From the IMG/VR virus record IMGVR_UViG_3300032305_002766, positions 15,366 through 79,365 of that record: a stretch of DNA of 64,000 nucleotides; one strand, written 5' to 3'. Position 1 is the first letter of the stretch. Every line of letters begins with the position of its first letter. Shown piece by piece: positions 37,055-48,362 of the stretch. The position numbers and the translations under genes are program-made. This DNA comes from a virus. Taxonomy: Duplodnaviria > Caudoviricetes. The notes beneath the pieces were generated by a model that was given only the letters and a program-made list of their open reading frames with translations, made no database searches and was not told the origin of the DNA.

Positions 37055-38083
37055 TTATCTATCTAGATTAATTAATATTGTTGTATCGGTTGTAGGGGAT
37101 AAAGGTAAAGGTTGTGCTAATTTACCTATAGCTATTAAATTTTGATTGTCATCATATAACCCTACTGTTGTAATATAAGGATTAAAATACGAAGCAGTTG
37201 CAAAACTATATAGATATTGTCCCGGTGTAAAAAAAGTACCATTTGAGGCACTAATTTGAGTACTTCCTGAGGAGATACTTGGGTTTAGGGTAAAATTGTA
37301 TTCATTATCTCTAATAGTACATTTATATTGAGTTTCATATATTGTAAGAGATGAAGAAAATGAACAAGTTACATTTGATGAAGTGACAAAAGCATTAGTA
37401 ATTTGTACATTTCCACCTCCATATAAACTACTACCATATGTTGCGGATCCATAACCATTTAGTCCTGGGTTGCTATCACTAGTAATTACTGCTAAACCGT
37501 GAGGATAAAATATTTGACCACAAATTTCTCCTGATGATGATAAAATTAAATTTCCATTTGCATCATCATATATTGATCCACTTACAGAACCACTAACCAT
37601 ATTCCATATAAATGAACCGGGTTGGATATAATTTCCATATAATTTAGATGGAACTGACATTACTCCTATTACTGAACCTGAACCTGTTGGGAAATATTTT
37701 TCAAAAGTTAAAGTTGTTTGATTATAATTAAAATATCTTCCACTTGAATCACTAGATCCTATATAAACATTTCCTTCAGGATTATTACCGGGGAATAAAC
37801 TTTGGGTGGTAGCAGGACTACCATAACTAGAACTTAAATAATTTGAATAATATAATTCTTGAATTGAACTATAAATTAATCTCTGATATTGAGTGGATAC
37901 TTGTCCTGTTGTAGGATCTGTATTTGGATTAAATAGAGTTCCTGAAAGGTTTGTTCCTATAAATCTATCAATTCCAACAATAGATCCTGTTAGTTGATTA
38001 GCTCCAGTAAAAGTAAAACTCTTATTTACCTCAAAAGGGGTAACAATTATATCAGATGAAAGAAATTGTTTGTATGCACTCAT
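37055..38083 (-). CDS. Baseplate/tail-fibre attachment structural protein
   Basis: C-terminal PYITTVGLYDDNQNLIAIGKLAQPL (tail-collar-like); S/G/T-rich; paralogous to the next gene. Confidence 0.6.
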   Translation of the reverse strand: MSAYKQFLSSDIIVTPFEVNKSFTFTGANQLTGSIVGIDRFIGTNLSGTLFNPNTDPTTGQVSTQYQRLIYSSIQELYYSNYLSSSYGSPATTQSLFPGNNPEGNVYIGSSDSSGRYFNYNQTTLTFEKYFPTGSGSVIGVMSVPSKLYGNYIQPGSFIWNMVSGSVSGSIYDDANGNLILSSSGEICGQIFYPHGLAVITSDSNPGLNGYGSATYGSSLYGGGNVQITNAFVTSSNVTCSFSSSLTIYETQYKCTIRDNEYNFTLNPSISSGSTQISASNGTFFTPGQYLYSFATASYFNPYITTVGLYDDNQNLIAIGKLAQPLPLSPTTDTTILINLDR

Positions 38084-38088
38084 TCATT

Positions 38089-39141
38089 TTAGAAATCTAG
38101 CTTAACGCGAACTAATGCTTCTTTTGTAAAGTCTTTAGGTAAAGGTCTTGACAATTTAGCAACCGCTAATAATTGGTTAGTATCGTTGTATAATCCTATA
38201 GTTGTGATATAAGTTGTAGGATTATTAATAAAACTACTATATAATACCTCACCAGTTGAACCTGAAATAAATGATGGGTTTTCTGAATAATTAAATTCTG
38301 ATGTTCTTGGTCTTACAAATATATAATCGGAAGTTATTGATTCTTGAGAATTAATAAAGAAATCAGCAGATGGAGCTAAATTAGCTAAAGATGAACTTAG
38401 AGATACAAATAATGATTGATTTGGACTAACATTAGGAGCAGCTGAAGCGGTTGCTGATCCACTATATAAAAAACCAATACCTCCACTAATTGCCGGAGCA
38501 GCTAATGCCTTAGGGTTTAATAAAATAGTTCCAATATCTGGGAGTAACCATCCATAAGAACCTGAGTTCGCTGAATACCCATCAGCTGTATTTCTTGATG
38601 AAATTGTTGCTCTAGTACCTGTTGAACCTGTAATTAATTGAAATACTCTACCAGCTTCTGTAAATTGAACTGATGTTACATAACTACTATTATCGGTTAT
38701 AGTAACAGAACCACCTGAACCTGAAAGGGTTAATGAAAGAGATCCTAAAAATAATGAATCTTTATATCTTGCTCTCTCAAAAGTTAAAGCATAAAATTCA
38801 GATGATGTAATAGCACCAAAAGTAAAATTAGTATTTTCATCACCAATTACTAAATCTTGCCATTGACCATAAATTGTTGATGTTGGTGATTTTCCGTTTA
38901 CAGCAATATTGTAATTTAAACTACCACTTCCATCTGAATTTCCATAAGCTATTGCAAATTGGACAGATTGAGTTGTAGCGGTATCATATACATTAGTATA
39001 AAAAGCTCCATTAGAGCTATTAACTTGTGCGGATGATGAAAAAACGGATGCTAATGATGGAGCATCAGTGGACCACAGAGTTGAAGAAATAGCATCTGTG
39101 CTTACTACGAAATCGTCTGTTTCTAATCTTTTAAATGACAT
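38089..39141 (-). CDS. Baseplate/tail-fibre attachment structural protein
   Basis: C-terminal TYITTIGLYNDTNQLLAVAKLSRPL; shares the E(F/Y)N.(S/T).NPS..SGST motif with 37055..38083. Confidence 0.6.
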   Translation of the reverse strand: MSFKRLETDDFVVSTDAISSTLWSTDAPSLASVFSSSAQVNSSNGAFYTNVYDTATTQSVQFAIAYGNSDGSGSLNYNIAVNGKSPTSTIYGQWQDLVIGDENTNFTFGAITSSEFYALTFERARYKDSLFLGSLSLTLSGSGGSVTITDNSSYVTSVQFTEAGRVFQLITGSTGTRATISSRNTADGYSANSGSYGWLLPDIGTILLNPKALAAPAISGGIGFLYSGSATASAAPNVSPNQSLFVSLSSSLANLAPSADFFINSQESITSDYIFVRPRTSEFNYSENPSFISGSTGEVLYSSFINNPTTYITTIGLYNDTNQLLAVAKLSRPLPKDFTKEALVRVKLDF

Positions 39142-39151
39142 AATCTATATA

Positions 39152-39814
39152 TTAAGATACTTGAGTTACTGTTACAGGGATTGTTAAACGAGCACCTGAA
39201 TCTCTACCTTCTACAGTTAATGTAGCTTGTAATTGATTATTTGAACCAAACAATGTATTCACTGTTGTTGCTCTTAAGTTAATTGTACTACCAACAACTG
39301 TTTTAGATACGGATGTACCTAGTGTTTGTGTTTGGTTTGATAAATTAAGTGCCTGTACAGCTGGTGTGTTAATACCAATACCTTCAAATGTACTAAATAA
39401 ACGAACATCTGAGATTGTTGCTGTATAACCTGCTGTTTCATAAGTATTCCCACCTAAATAATTTAATGTTTGAGGTGTGATTGCTAATGAAGCACCTTGT
39501 TTAATTATAATTGCACTGTAACCTAAATCAAGGATAGGCATTTTAGCAGTTCCACGAGGTAAAGTAACTAATTTATATTTCATTACTTGTGTTGCTTGCG
39601 GAAATGCTTCTAATAAAGGCATGTTTTGGATAGCTTCACCATAATATGCAGAACCTGAGGGATGATTTGGATTATAAAGTGTATAATCTATTTCATCATC
39701 AGCTAAAGCAAATTGAGTGATTCTAAATTGACCATCATTTTGTGCTAGTAACTGGCGTCCTGTATCTGTAAGGATTGCATCTATTGTTACTACGCTGTTA
39801 TTTAAATATCCCAT
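39152..39814 (-). CDS. Baseplate/tail-collar-like structural protein
   Basis: DAILTDTGRQLLA...ITQFALADDEIDY N-terminus typical of tail-collar/baseplate proteins. Confidence 0.6.
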   Translation of the reverse strand: MGYLNNSVVTIDAILTDTGRQLLAQNDGQFRITQFALADDEIDYTLYNPNHPSGSAYYGEAIQNMPLLEAFPQATQVMKYKLVTLPRGTAKMPILDLGYSAIIIKQGASLAITPQTLNYLGGNTYETAGYTATISDVRLFSTFEGIGINTPAVQALNLSNQTQTLGTSVSKTVVGSTINLRATTVNTLFGSNNQLQATLTVEGRDSGARLTIPVTVTQVS

Positions 39815-39834
39815 TTGTTTTTATTGTTATATGT

Positions 39835-39842
39835 TATAAATA
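39835..39842 (-). promoter_or_regulatory. Conserved upstream motif (sense TATTTATA)
   Basis: Exact copy 20 nt upstream of the start at 39814. Confidence 0.6.
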
Positions 39843-39862
39843 TATAATTTTATTATTTTTTA

Positions 39863-42800
39863 TTAAATATTTGAAAAGAATCCAACAGATTGTGCTATTC
39901 CTAATAAACTACCTGTATATTGTGGGTTAAAATTTCCTGGGACTAGTAATCCATTAATGTTTCCAGTAGGTGTTATAAAAGACCCAGTAGCTAAAAGAAC
40001 TAGATTTTCATTTGGTTTTCCAAATACATTTTGAAATGTATAAGAACCAGTAGCGTTTAGATCAGGAGCTACACCGGTTGAAAATACTTGATAATTTTGA
40101 AAACTTCCTGAAAATACATTAACATTGCTTCCTGAAAAAGAATATTGGCGGATTGATACTGGAGTATCCATGGATGAAGTACCCATTGGGGTACCTAAAT
40201 ATCCTGAGAATATATTTGAGGGAAATATTGAATTTAATATAGGAATGTTACTTGTTAAAGGATTTACTTTATTATCTAAAGCCCCAGTTAAACTCGATGA
40301 TGGAATAATATTATTTGTTGAACTTAAATCAATTCTATTACCATCTATACTAATTAATGAAGTAATACGAACTACAGAAACACCAGTAAAGGATTGGATT
40401 TGTGAACCACCAATGAATATTTTATAAGCTACAAGTGAAGGACTTATATTATCAAAATACGCAAACCAATTACAATAATCTTCAACATTTGCTACTGCTC
40501 CTATTGAACTTCCGGAAATCATAGGTTGATTAACATATAATTGAGATATAGATCCTGTTGGAGATGTTGTTGTACTTCCATTATATCTTGGATTAGCACT
40601 TCTAGCTATAGTATAATTTGAAGCCGGGACTGTTGCTGGTGTTGCACTACCTGATCCTCTAGATGCTGAAATAATTGTATTAAAATTTACTGCAGTAATA
40701 GCATTTGATGAAAAATCTACATCAAAAAATTCTTCATTTGGACGAGATATAATAATATTATTTACTAATGGGTTGAATGATGAATAATTATATCCATTTG
40801 CCTCATTTAAAAATGGATCTAAAGTTACAGCTGTATCTGAGGTAATGGAATTATACGCATAAGGATCACCAAAGTTATAAGGGGAAAAAATTGTAGTTGT
40901 TGATACTGTTCCTCCAACAAATTGAATTTTATAAACTGTTTGAGATTCGGGAGAAATGGAAGCAATAGTCCCTGTTACTGTTACGGTATATGGAGTCGCA
41001 TTTACACTAAAGGCTACTGGAAGAGTAATTTTATCCCCAGCCCTTAAATTAGATAAAGCTGCTTCTATATTTAATGCATTTTCATCAATTTCATTTATAT
41101 ATAAAGTACTTACATATAAATAATAATTAGAACCATTATATCCAATACTTATTTGCCAAAAAATTTGACCAGCACCTGGGGTTGTTAAGGAAGATCCGAA
41201 AATAGTATATTCTGATAATTGAGTGGGGGCCATTTTATATGGATTATCCTCATTTAATTCCCCATTTTCTACCTCTAAAATAGATCCACTTAATTCACCA
41301 TCGAAAAATTCAATTTGACTTGATTGAGTAAAAGCAACTGAACCTGAAAGTGAAGGGGTAGTACCACTCCAACTTTGAGTAATATTAACTACGTTATTTC
41401 CTGTATATTGAGATGAAGTTAATCCAAATAAATTAGGCATTGTACCTCCAGTTCCTCCATTAATTTCATACATTTGAATTGGTGAGCCTGTGATTTCTAG
41501 GTTTTGAAATACAAAAGGAGAATTCCATGTAGGAGGAGGTGTACTACCACTTCCATAATATGAAGTAGTTGTATAAGTATCTACTTGTGGAACAGGATAT
41601 TTGTTTCTCTCAAGTAAATGTTGTTTAATTACAATACCCGTAGCTAATGATGTTCTAGCAGGTACATAATCTTTAATCATTTTAAATAAGGCATTATCAT
41701 AATATTGAATTATTCTAATGTAATCCCAAATATTGTAATTTGATGTATATTTTTTAAAATATTCTTCACTTAAAATATCCAGTTCAGGATATGTTTGAGC
41801 TGAGGTGGAAACTAATCTTGGATCACCAATATAGTTACCAATATTAAAATATCCTATTTGTGAATTTATATCCTCGTTTATTTCATTTTGAGGGGATAAA
41901 GCTACTTCTGTATAGTTAATATCATTAGTATAACTTTGACTTATAGGATAATTTTGTTGTATTGAAATAAATGGAGAAAGGACTTTATTTGTAGGTAAAT
42001 TTACTTCTTCACTTCCACTATAAGGTAATACTCCATTAATTTGAGTAATTTTTTCAGTAACAATATTTTTTATTCCTACTGGTACTTGATCAAAGTAAAT
42101 ATATTCGTAATTATTTACAAAACTTGATGTATTACTTATATAAAAATTACTATCATTAGAAATAAAGGATGAAGCTGTTATCCAGGATCCCGTTACTTTA
42201 GGGTGGATTGATTTAGAACCTGTATATAATTCTCCACCTAAGGGGGCTCTAAATGCTAATTCATTTGGGGATGAATTTATTCCCCCTGCTCCTTCGGTTG
42301 AATAAGGATTCATAATATAATCCTTAAATACACTAGAGTTTAGTATAGTATCATAATATCTAATTTCTTGGTAAGAACCACTAAACATCTTACCTAAAGA
42401 GGAATTTGCAGTAGCCGGAAAATAACTATATACACTATCTGTCCAAGCAGCTTCATTTGCCGTTACCGATGAACTAGCTAAAAAGTTATATTCATTATAA
42501 TTCCCCCCAGGAGTTACTTTATCTCCAGCGTATAATATAAAATCTCCAGAATTAACATCAGCTGTAACCATTACACTCCACCAATTACCATTAAAAAAAG
42601 GTAAGTAAACACTTGCTGATGTTGAAATAGCACTTGTATCTGGGATTAGATCTAAAAGAGCATATTGGTAGGAAGAACTTGGAATTGAACCTGAATAGGA
42701 ACCACTTGTATAGCCTGAACCTGTATATCTTAGACGAATAGCTGAGCTTATATTATTTGTCCATAAACTTTGAGAATAATATCCACCATTAGTAGGAACC

Positions 42801-44677
42801 CCGTTAGTTTTAAATCTAAATTGTATACTTGCGGGGGTTAATGTATCCCAATTAGGTCCAAGTTCCCAAGAAGAAGATATAAAATAAGATCCTGAAGTAT
42901 TGTAGGCTAAGTTATATTCATTTTGCCATTGATCCCATGTATTTGGGTTTTTATCTTTACCTCCAAATTCATTAATACGAATAATAGTATCAGGAATACC
43001 AAATACATTAATTAAAGTTCTAACACCATCAACTGTACCTTTTTTCTTTAAAAGATAAGGTAAATTATGGTATATTTTTTTATAAGATAATTTTACAAAA
43101 TCTTCAATAGTTGGTAAAGAAGAAGCTGAAACTGATGCTGTTACATAAGATGTAATTAATTCACTTCCTGTTGGAACCAATGTACTACCACTTGGTGATA
43201 AACCGATAATAGCATTATATATGTTTTCCAGGGTATATGAACTATCATATATTTTAGTTCCTAAAGATGTTAATACATCTGCAACTAAATCTTTTGAAAC
43301 ACCCTCATATAAATTTGAATTTGCATTTAATTTAGAAGTAATACCTTTTGTATATAACCAAATATAGTCAAAGAATTGACCCACCATATTTACAAATAGT
43401 ATGTAATTAGTGTTATCATTGTCACTTCGAATAAATTCAGGTACTACATAAATTAAATTATTTTGATTATTCTGATCATATATTGATGCTGAAATACTTT
43501 GAGTAGTATACCAGTTAAGAGCTTGAGATGATCCTGTTGGATATAAAGTATACGGAGGGATAGAATTTGATTTAGGCCAAGTATATGAACTTGAATCATA
43601 GTATAAAAAATATTCATACCCATCAAAACTTACTATTTCATCTTGGATTTTTTTCTCTAAAATTGCTTTACTTGAAGAAACAGCAAATGATTGAGATGTT
43701 GAACCGGTAATGGTAGAATATATAGCATTAATTTGATTTTGATAATTCTCTATATTTGATACTTTTTGTTCAAAATTATACAATCGTTGATTTGCTGATG
43801 AAAAGAAAACAAAGTTTTCATAATCTTCATAATCTACTGAAAGATCAAAATTAGGACCATCTAAATTAGTTAATAACTGAGATAAAGAGCCTGATAATGG
43901 AGTAGAGGTAATACTAGTATAGGATTGATAACTTGTAAGAGGTCCAGTTTCATTTTTAATAGGAATATTAAAATTAGCTGTTTTTAATTGTAAAACATTA
44001 TCAATATTTAATACTATATCTTCAAATTCAATTTGGTAAGCCGTTGATTCAGCCGTTTTAACCACAACATATGTTTGAGTTTTTAATGGTATATTTGCCG
44101 GTAAAGGTTCGTATAATTTAATTAAAACTGAATATGTTGGGGTTGTAATGTCTAATAAAATATTAACAGCTAATACATAAAAATTATCTTCAAAATTTAA
44201 GTAAAATTCATCGAAATAATTTAAATCATCTAATTGAGCCTTAAATTCATTATAAGCAATAGCTATTTCCTCGTTAGATAAAAAATTAGAATTTAATCTA
44301 ATTTCAGTTCTATTTGAAGAAATTTCGCTTATATAATATTGTTGTTCAAAAGAAGAACTTAATTTAGGAGCAATATAATTGTATACCGTTTTTACTATAC
44401 CTGTATTAAAGCCTGCGGCAATAGCATCTTCTTCAGGATTAATAGTAATAGAGGTAATTTCCTCGGCACTGGTTAAGTATTGAGGTTTCCACCCTGCAAA
44501 ATTATAATTACTCTGTAATAAATTATTATTAAAATCATATACAAAATACTCAATCGTATCCTTATTATCATTAAAAGAGCTTGATAATGTAAAGTTAGGG
44601 ATTACATTAAAGTCTTGTGTATTAAAAGACTGATTAGGTGTTAATGTATTAGGATTTATTTGAGTTATACTATTCAT
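39863..44677 (-). CDS. Large baseplate wedge-like structural protein
   Basis: 1604 aa; NLPYLLKKKGTVDGVRTLINVFG (baseplate wedge-type motif); a central LamG-like beta region (SIQFRF...WWSVMV...FSGSYQEIRYY). Confidence 0.65.
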   Translation of the reverse strand: MNSITQINPNTLTPNQSFNTQDFNVIPNFTLSSSFNDNKDTIEYFVYDFNNNLLQSNYNFAGWKPQYLTSAEEITSITINPEEDAIAAGFNTGIVKTVYNYIAPKLSSSFEQQYYISEISSNRTEIRLNSNFLSNEEIAIAYNEFKAQLDDLNYFDEFYLNFEDNFYVLAVNILLDITTPTYSVLIKLYEPLPANIPLKTQTYVVVKTAESTAYQIEFEDIVLNIDNVLQLKTANFNIPIKNETGPLTSYQSYTSITSTPLSGSLSQLLTNLDGPNFDLSVDYEDYENFVFFSSANQRLYNFEQKVSNIENYQNQINAIYSTITGSTSQSFAVSSSKAILEKKIQDEIVSFDGYEYFLYYDSSSYTWPKSNSIPPYTLYPTGSSQALNWYTTQSISASIYDQNNQNNLIYVVPEFIRSDNDNTNYILFVNMVGQFFDYIWLYTKGITSKLNANSNLYEGVSKDLVADVLTSLGTKIYDSSYTLENIYNAIIGLSPSGSTLVPTGSELITSYVTASVSASSLPTIEDFVKLSYKKIYHNLPYLLKKKGTVDGVRTLINVFGIPDTIIRINEFGGKDKNPNTWDQWQNEYNLAYNTSGSYFISSSWELGPNWDTLTPASIQFRFKTNGVPTNGGYYSQSLWTNNISSAIRLRYTGSGYTSGSYSGSIPSSSYQYALLDLIPDTSAISTSASVYLPFFNGNWWSVMVTADVNSGDFILYAGDKVTPGGNYNEYNFLASSSVTANEAAWTDSVYSYFPATANSSLGKMFSGSYQEIRYYDTILNSSVFKDYIMNPYSTEGAGGINSSPNELAFRAPLGGELYTGSKSIHPKVTGSWITASSFISNDSNFYISNTSSFVNNYEYIYFDQVPVGIKNIVTEKITQINGVLPYSGSEEVNLPTNKVLSPFISIQQNYPISQSYTNDINYTEVALSPQNEINEDINSQIGYFNIGNYIGDPRLVSTSAQTYPELDILSEEYFKKYTSNYNIWDYIRIIQYYDNALFKMIKDYVPARTSLATGIVIKQHLLERNKYPVPQVDTYTTTSYYGSGSTPPPTWNSPFVFQNLEITGSPIQMYEINGGTGGTMPNLFGLTSSQYTGNNVVNITQSWSGTTPSLSGSVAFTQSSQIEFFDGELSGSILEVENGELNEDNPYKMAPTQLSEYTIFGSSLTTPGAGQIFWQISIGYNGSNYYLYVSTLYINEIDENALNIEAALSNLRAGDKITLPVAFSVNATPYTVTVTGTIASISPESQTVYKIQFVGGTVSTTTIFSPYNFGDPYAYNSITSDTAVTLDPFLNEANGYNYSSFNPLVNNIIISRPNEEFFDVDFSSNAITAVNFNTIISASRGSGSATPATVPASNYTIARSANPRYNGSTTTSPTGSISQLYVNQPMISGSSIGAVANVEDYCNWFAYFDNISPSLVAYKIFIGGSQIQSFTGVSVVRITSLISIDGNRIDLSSTNNIIPSSSLTGALDNKVNPLTSNIPILNSIFPSNIFSGYLGTPMGTSSMDTPVSIRQYSFSGSNVNVFSGSFQNYQVFSTGVAPDLNATGSYTFQNVFGKPNENLVLLATGSFITPTGNINGLLVPGNFNPQYTGSLLGIAQSVGFFSNI

Positions 44678-44686
44678 ATATTGTAA

Positions 44687-45034
44687 TTATCCGGTAGGTA
44701 ATTGGATGGTACTAATCTGTTGTTGTAATTCCAAATTATCTTGTCTAAGTTGTGTAAGTTCGTCAATAAGTGCTTGAACTACTTCATCTTGGGGAGCCGT
44801 TGTTCCAATATAAGCACCACTAGTTTTAACTAAATATTCGTGAGAATTAATTTCTCCAAATTTAGGTATGTCAAAAAATAATTGTTGATATTCTTGGAAA
44901 AATTGTTCAATTGTAACACTTGGGGTTACAGCTAAAGAAGAAGTAGGTTGGACTAATTGAGTAAAAGAAGTATCAATAGTATTATTAAAACTATCTCTAT
45001 CAAATACCTGTTTACTAAAATTTATATTTTCCAT
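44687..45034 (-). CDS. Hypothetical baseplate-region protein
   Basis: 115 aa with a C-terminal coiled coil. Confidence 0.6.
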   Translation of the reverse strand: MENINFSKQVFDRDSFNNTIDTSFTQLVQPTSSLAVTPSVTIEQFFQEYQQLFFDIPKFGEINSHEYLVKTSGAYIGTTAPQDEVVQALIDELTQLRQDNLELQQQISTIQLPTG

Positions 45035-46491
45035 TATCCATTAACTACTTTAAAATAATATTGATCTTCATATACAATCGTTGAACTACCAATTGTAGTT
45101 TGTACAAGAATTTGATAATATCTTTCAGGTTCTAATCCATTCATATATAAATCGAAATAACTTCCTGAAGGATCTACACTGAGTTGGGTATATGTTGGAT
45201 CAAAATCAATTACATATTCATTAGTCTCTAAATCCTTAATAGCATAATAAGATGCTGTAGGTAAATAATAATTGTAAGTATAAACAGATGATGTTACCCA
45301 TAATTGAGGTGGATATTCAGGGCGAGAATTTACTCTAAATCTATTTATACTTTCACTAAAGAATATACCGGGGTTGTTGTTAACTAGTATAGATGCTGGT
45401 AGGGTGGTTAATTCAAATTGACCTTTAGTTAAAGTAATTTTTAAATCAGTCCCACCTGAAGCTATTGATCCTAATGATTGGGAAGGGATTGTAATTACTT
45501 GTCCGGGAGCATATCCAGATCCTGTGCTAGTTACAGTAATATTAGATATTGAGGCAGTTGTAGCTCCTAATGTAATTGAAAATATTGCTGTTGAGCAAAG
45601 TGTTGGAGTTGATCCACTTACACCTGTAAAGGTTGTATTTGGAGTAGAACCAGTTGCATTTACATTTTGCGTAATTGAAGCTGAAAGAGCATTAGATGTT
45701 GTTCTTAAAATACCTAAGGGGTCTAAACTTCCAATATTATATGAATAATCATTCCATTTAAACTCTAATTGAGGAGGATAAATAGTATGGGTGTCTCTTG
45801 AAAAATAAGCTAAATTTACTTGTTGATATATACTGTTTACAAATTCTAAAGATGGATCTTGTCTAACAATAAATCCATCATTTGGTCTTCCATTTGCTGG
45901 GTTAGCAATACTTGCTGTCCAATACTCAACAAAGGATTTAACGTTAAAGGTTAAATCTAAAGGTGAATAATATGTAAATGTTTGATTTGTTTGAGGAGTT
46001 ATATACCAAGTACCACCTCCGGCTGATGGTGGATTAGTAGAGGTATTAAAAGATCCTGTACTACCTGCTGTATATGAAGATGTTTTCCAAGCATTACTTC
46101 CTGAATAGGATCTCCAATTCCAAGAACATCCATTTTGGGTCTCAGGAGAGTTTAGATAACGACCTGTTCCCATATTCCAAGATTGGGATACCATGTTTAC
46201 TAATACAGTAGTATCACTACTTAAACCAGTATCATTAGCAACAAATAATTTTAAATTTGCTGTCCAATTTGAAGTTCTTATTAAACTTTGAGAAACAAAA
46301 GCTATATCTGAATCATCAAATTGAATTAAAAAGCGAGATGTTTGAGGATAAAGACCGTTTTGGATAGATCCTAATGAACCCGTTTTAAAATTTGTACTAG
46401 CTTCAATGATTTCATCTAATCCGGTATTCATATTAGAATAGGATGAGTATAAGGTTGAATCTTTGGTAGGAAATATCTTATATACTGCCAT
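45034..46491 (-). CDS. Virion structural protein (beta-rich, carbohydrate-binding-like N-terminus)
   Basis: IFPTKDSTLYS...NTGLDE, SRFLIQFD, GFIV, YFSRDT...PPQL pattern; located in the baseplate block. Confidence 0.55.
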   Translation of the reverse strand: MAVYKIFPTKDSTLYSSYSNMNTGLDEIIEASTNFKTGSLGSIQNGLYPQTSRFLIQFDDSDIAFVSQSLIRTSNWTANLKLFVANDTGLSSDTTVLVNMVSQSWNMGTGRYLNSPETQNGCSWNWRSYSGSNAWKTSSYTAGSTGSFNTSTNPPSAGGGTWYITPQTNQTFTYYSPLDLTFNVKSFVEYWTASIANPANGRPNDGFIVRQDPSLEFVNSIYQQVNLAYFSRDTHTIYPPQLEFKWNDYSYNIGSLDPLGILRTTSNALSASITQNVNATGSTPNTTFTGVSGSTPTLCSTAIFSITLGATTASISNITVTSTGSGYAPGQVITIPSQSLGSIASGGTDLKITLTKGQFELTTLPASILVNNNPGIFFSESINRFRVNSRPEYPPQLWVTSSVYTYNYYLPTASYYAIKDLETNEYVIDFDPTYTQLSVDPSGSYFDLYMNGLEPERYYQILVQTTIGSSTIVYEDQYYFKVVNG

Positions 46492-46501
46492 TAATTATAT
46501 A

Positions 46502-48361
46502 TTAAAATGGTACTACTTTTGCTTGAATATCTGTGTTAGGGTACTTAACTTCAAAAATCATTGGATCTAATGAAGGATATATTACATTGTTATCTGTAGC
46601 TGCACTAATATCATAAGAAAAATCAGAATATCCATTAGATACTCCTACTTTATTAATAATTGATACATTTTTAACGGTTTGTACACCTTCAATTCTATCT
46701 AGTATAACATTTATATCACGTAAAATAATTGGTTGGTTAATCTGCCAGTTTTCAATATTAAAATAATCTCTCATTGCTGTTATACATTTTAAGAGTACTT
46801 CATCATTGTTATAATTAGGTAAAGTAATAATATCTATATTAACTCCTATATTAATAACATAAGCATCTTTAATATTAATATTATCGTTTATAATTTTATA
46901 TTCAGATAAATAAACTGCTAAATTTTGCTTTAAAGCGGATGAAGCTTGAATTACCTGTTGATTTACATTATACGCTAAAACATAAAGATCTAATACACTT
47001 GGAATATCACCAGTTGCTATATCAGATGCTTTTTGTTGGGTTGCAAATATTTTAGCTATATTACCATAATCTGAAGGTAAACTTAAAGCACGTACTACAT
47101 AATCATCAAATGTTACTGTACGTAATTGGTTTTGGAAATTACCTAATGAATTTTGTCTAATTTCATTTATATTATCTCCATCAGATCCACCATCAGCAGC
47201 TACAGGATTTGTAACTAATAAAGAAGTAAATATTTGATTTGCTAATGATGAATTAGTTATACTTGAATTTAAAAACTTAACGTTTGTAGTATCTATAAGA
47301 GTTAGTGAATTTGCTTGAGCATTTGCTGAAACACCCCCACCAACTAGATAACGTGTTGTTAAAGTAGTATTAGCAGGTGCAATACCATAAGTATTTGTGA
47401 ATATAAAGTTTGTAGGAGAGTAAGCTGTTGTTAGTTTACTTTTTTTAGTTGGTAATCCAATACCTACATTATTTGGGTTTGGAATAATTACTTCAGTAGT
47501 ATCTGTTGGACTTCCAGCTCCAAATTGTACCTGAAGGGTGGTCTTATTTAAGAAACGAGTTGCAAATCTTCTAGCAACTTGCTTTACTTGAAGTAAATTA
47601 GCTACATTAGTATCTGAAGAAAAATTAGGATTATTAATATTAGTATTTTTAATACTTTCAAAAATTGAATCCTGAGCTAAATTATCTACTTCATACCATA
47701 TGTTATTATTAGAGTCTGTAATACTTAAGATTCCAATGATGTTGGTATCACTTATATTAAATGAATTAAACGCTACAGGGACCGTAAATGAATTGGTTTG
47801 GGTATTTACAGTAGCTGATATGGCTTGTCTTTGTTTCTTTAGTAAATAATAAGTAGGAGCGTTGTTTGCGGTAGAATATACTGTAACTTCCGTAGGATCT
47901 AATGAACTACTAACAGTAAAATTAACATTATCTTGGATTAAAAATTTTAATGAACTTGTTAAATTAGAAGTTACTGTTGTATTTTCAGGTATTTGTAAGG
48001 CGTATGTGTAATCAGGTATTGCAACACTTGCGCTTATAGTGGCTGGTACTTGTTGGTATATATCAAATACAACTGTTGCTGCTGATGTTACTCGAGGTTT
48101 ATACCCAAGTAAATATGCTAATTCATATAAATTTTGGGTTTGACGAGCATATTGAATAAATGTTTCCTGGACTTGATTATCAACATAAAAAGATAAAACA
48201 TCACCTACATAAGCTGCCATTTCCATAAACATCATACCAGGTGATGATGGAGTAAAATCACTATAAGTGTTAGGGAAATAGGTTTTTGCATAACTGATAA
48301 GACTATCTTTCAGTGATGGGAAATCTCTATTTATATATTTTATATCTTTTTTTGAAGCCAT
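46502..48361 (-). CDS. gp6: Baseplate wedge subunit, T4 gp6-like
   Basis: DFPSLKDSLISY, YSDF...SPG, AYVGDVLSFY, QNQLRTVTFDDY motifs. Confidence 0.9.
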   Translation of the reverse strand: MASKKDIKYINRDFPSLKDSLISYAKTYFPNTYSDFTPSSPGMMFMEMAAYVGDVLSFYVDNQVQETFIQYARQTQNLYELAYLLGYKPRVTSAATVVFDIYQQVPATISASVAIPDYTYALQIPENTTVTSNLTSSLKFLIQDNVNFTVSSSLDPTEVTVYSTANNAPTYYLLKKQRQAISATVNTQTNSFTVPVAFNSFNISDTNIIGILSITDSNNNIWYEVDNLAQDSIFESIKNTNINNPNFSSDTNVANLLQVKQVARRFATRFLNKTTLQVQFGAGSPTDTTEVIIPNPNNVGIGLPTKKSKLTTAYSPTNFIFTNTYGIAPANTTLTTRYLVGGGVSANAQANSLTLIDTTNVKFLNSSITNSSLANQIFTSLLVTNPVAADGGSDGDNINEIRQNSLGNFQNQLRTVTFDDYVVRALSLPSDYGNIAKIFATQQKASDIATGDIPSVLDLYVLAYNVNQQVIQASSALKQNLAVYLSEYKIINDNINIKDAYVINIGVNIDIITLPNYNNDEVLLKCITAMRDYFNIENWQINQPIILRDINVILDRIEGVQTVKNVSIINKVGVSNGYSDFSYDISAATDNNVIYPSLDPMIFEVKYPNTDIQAKVVPF

Positions 48362-48362
48362 G

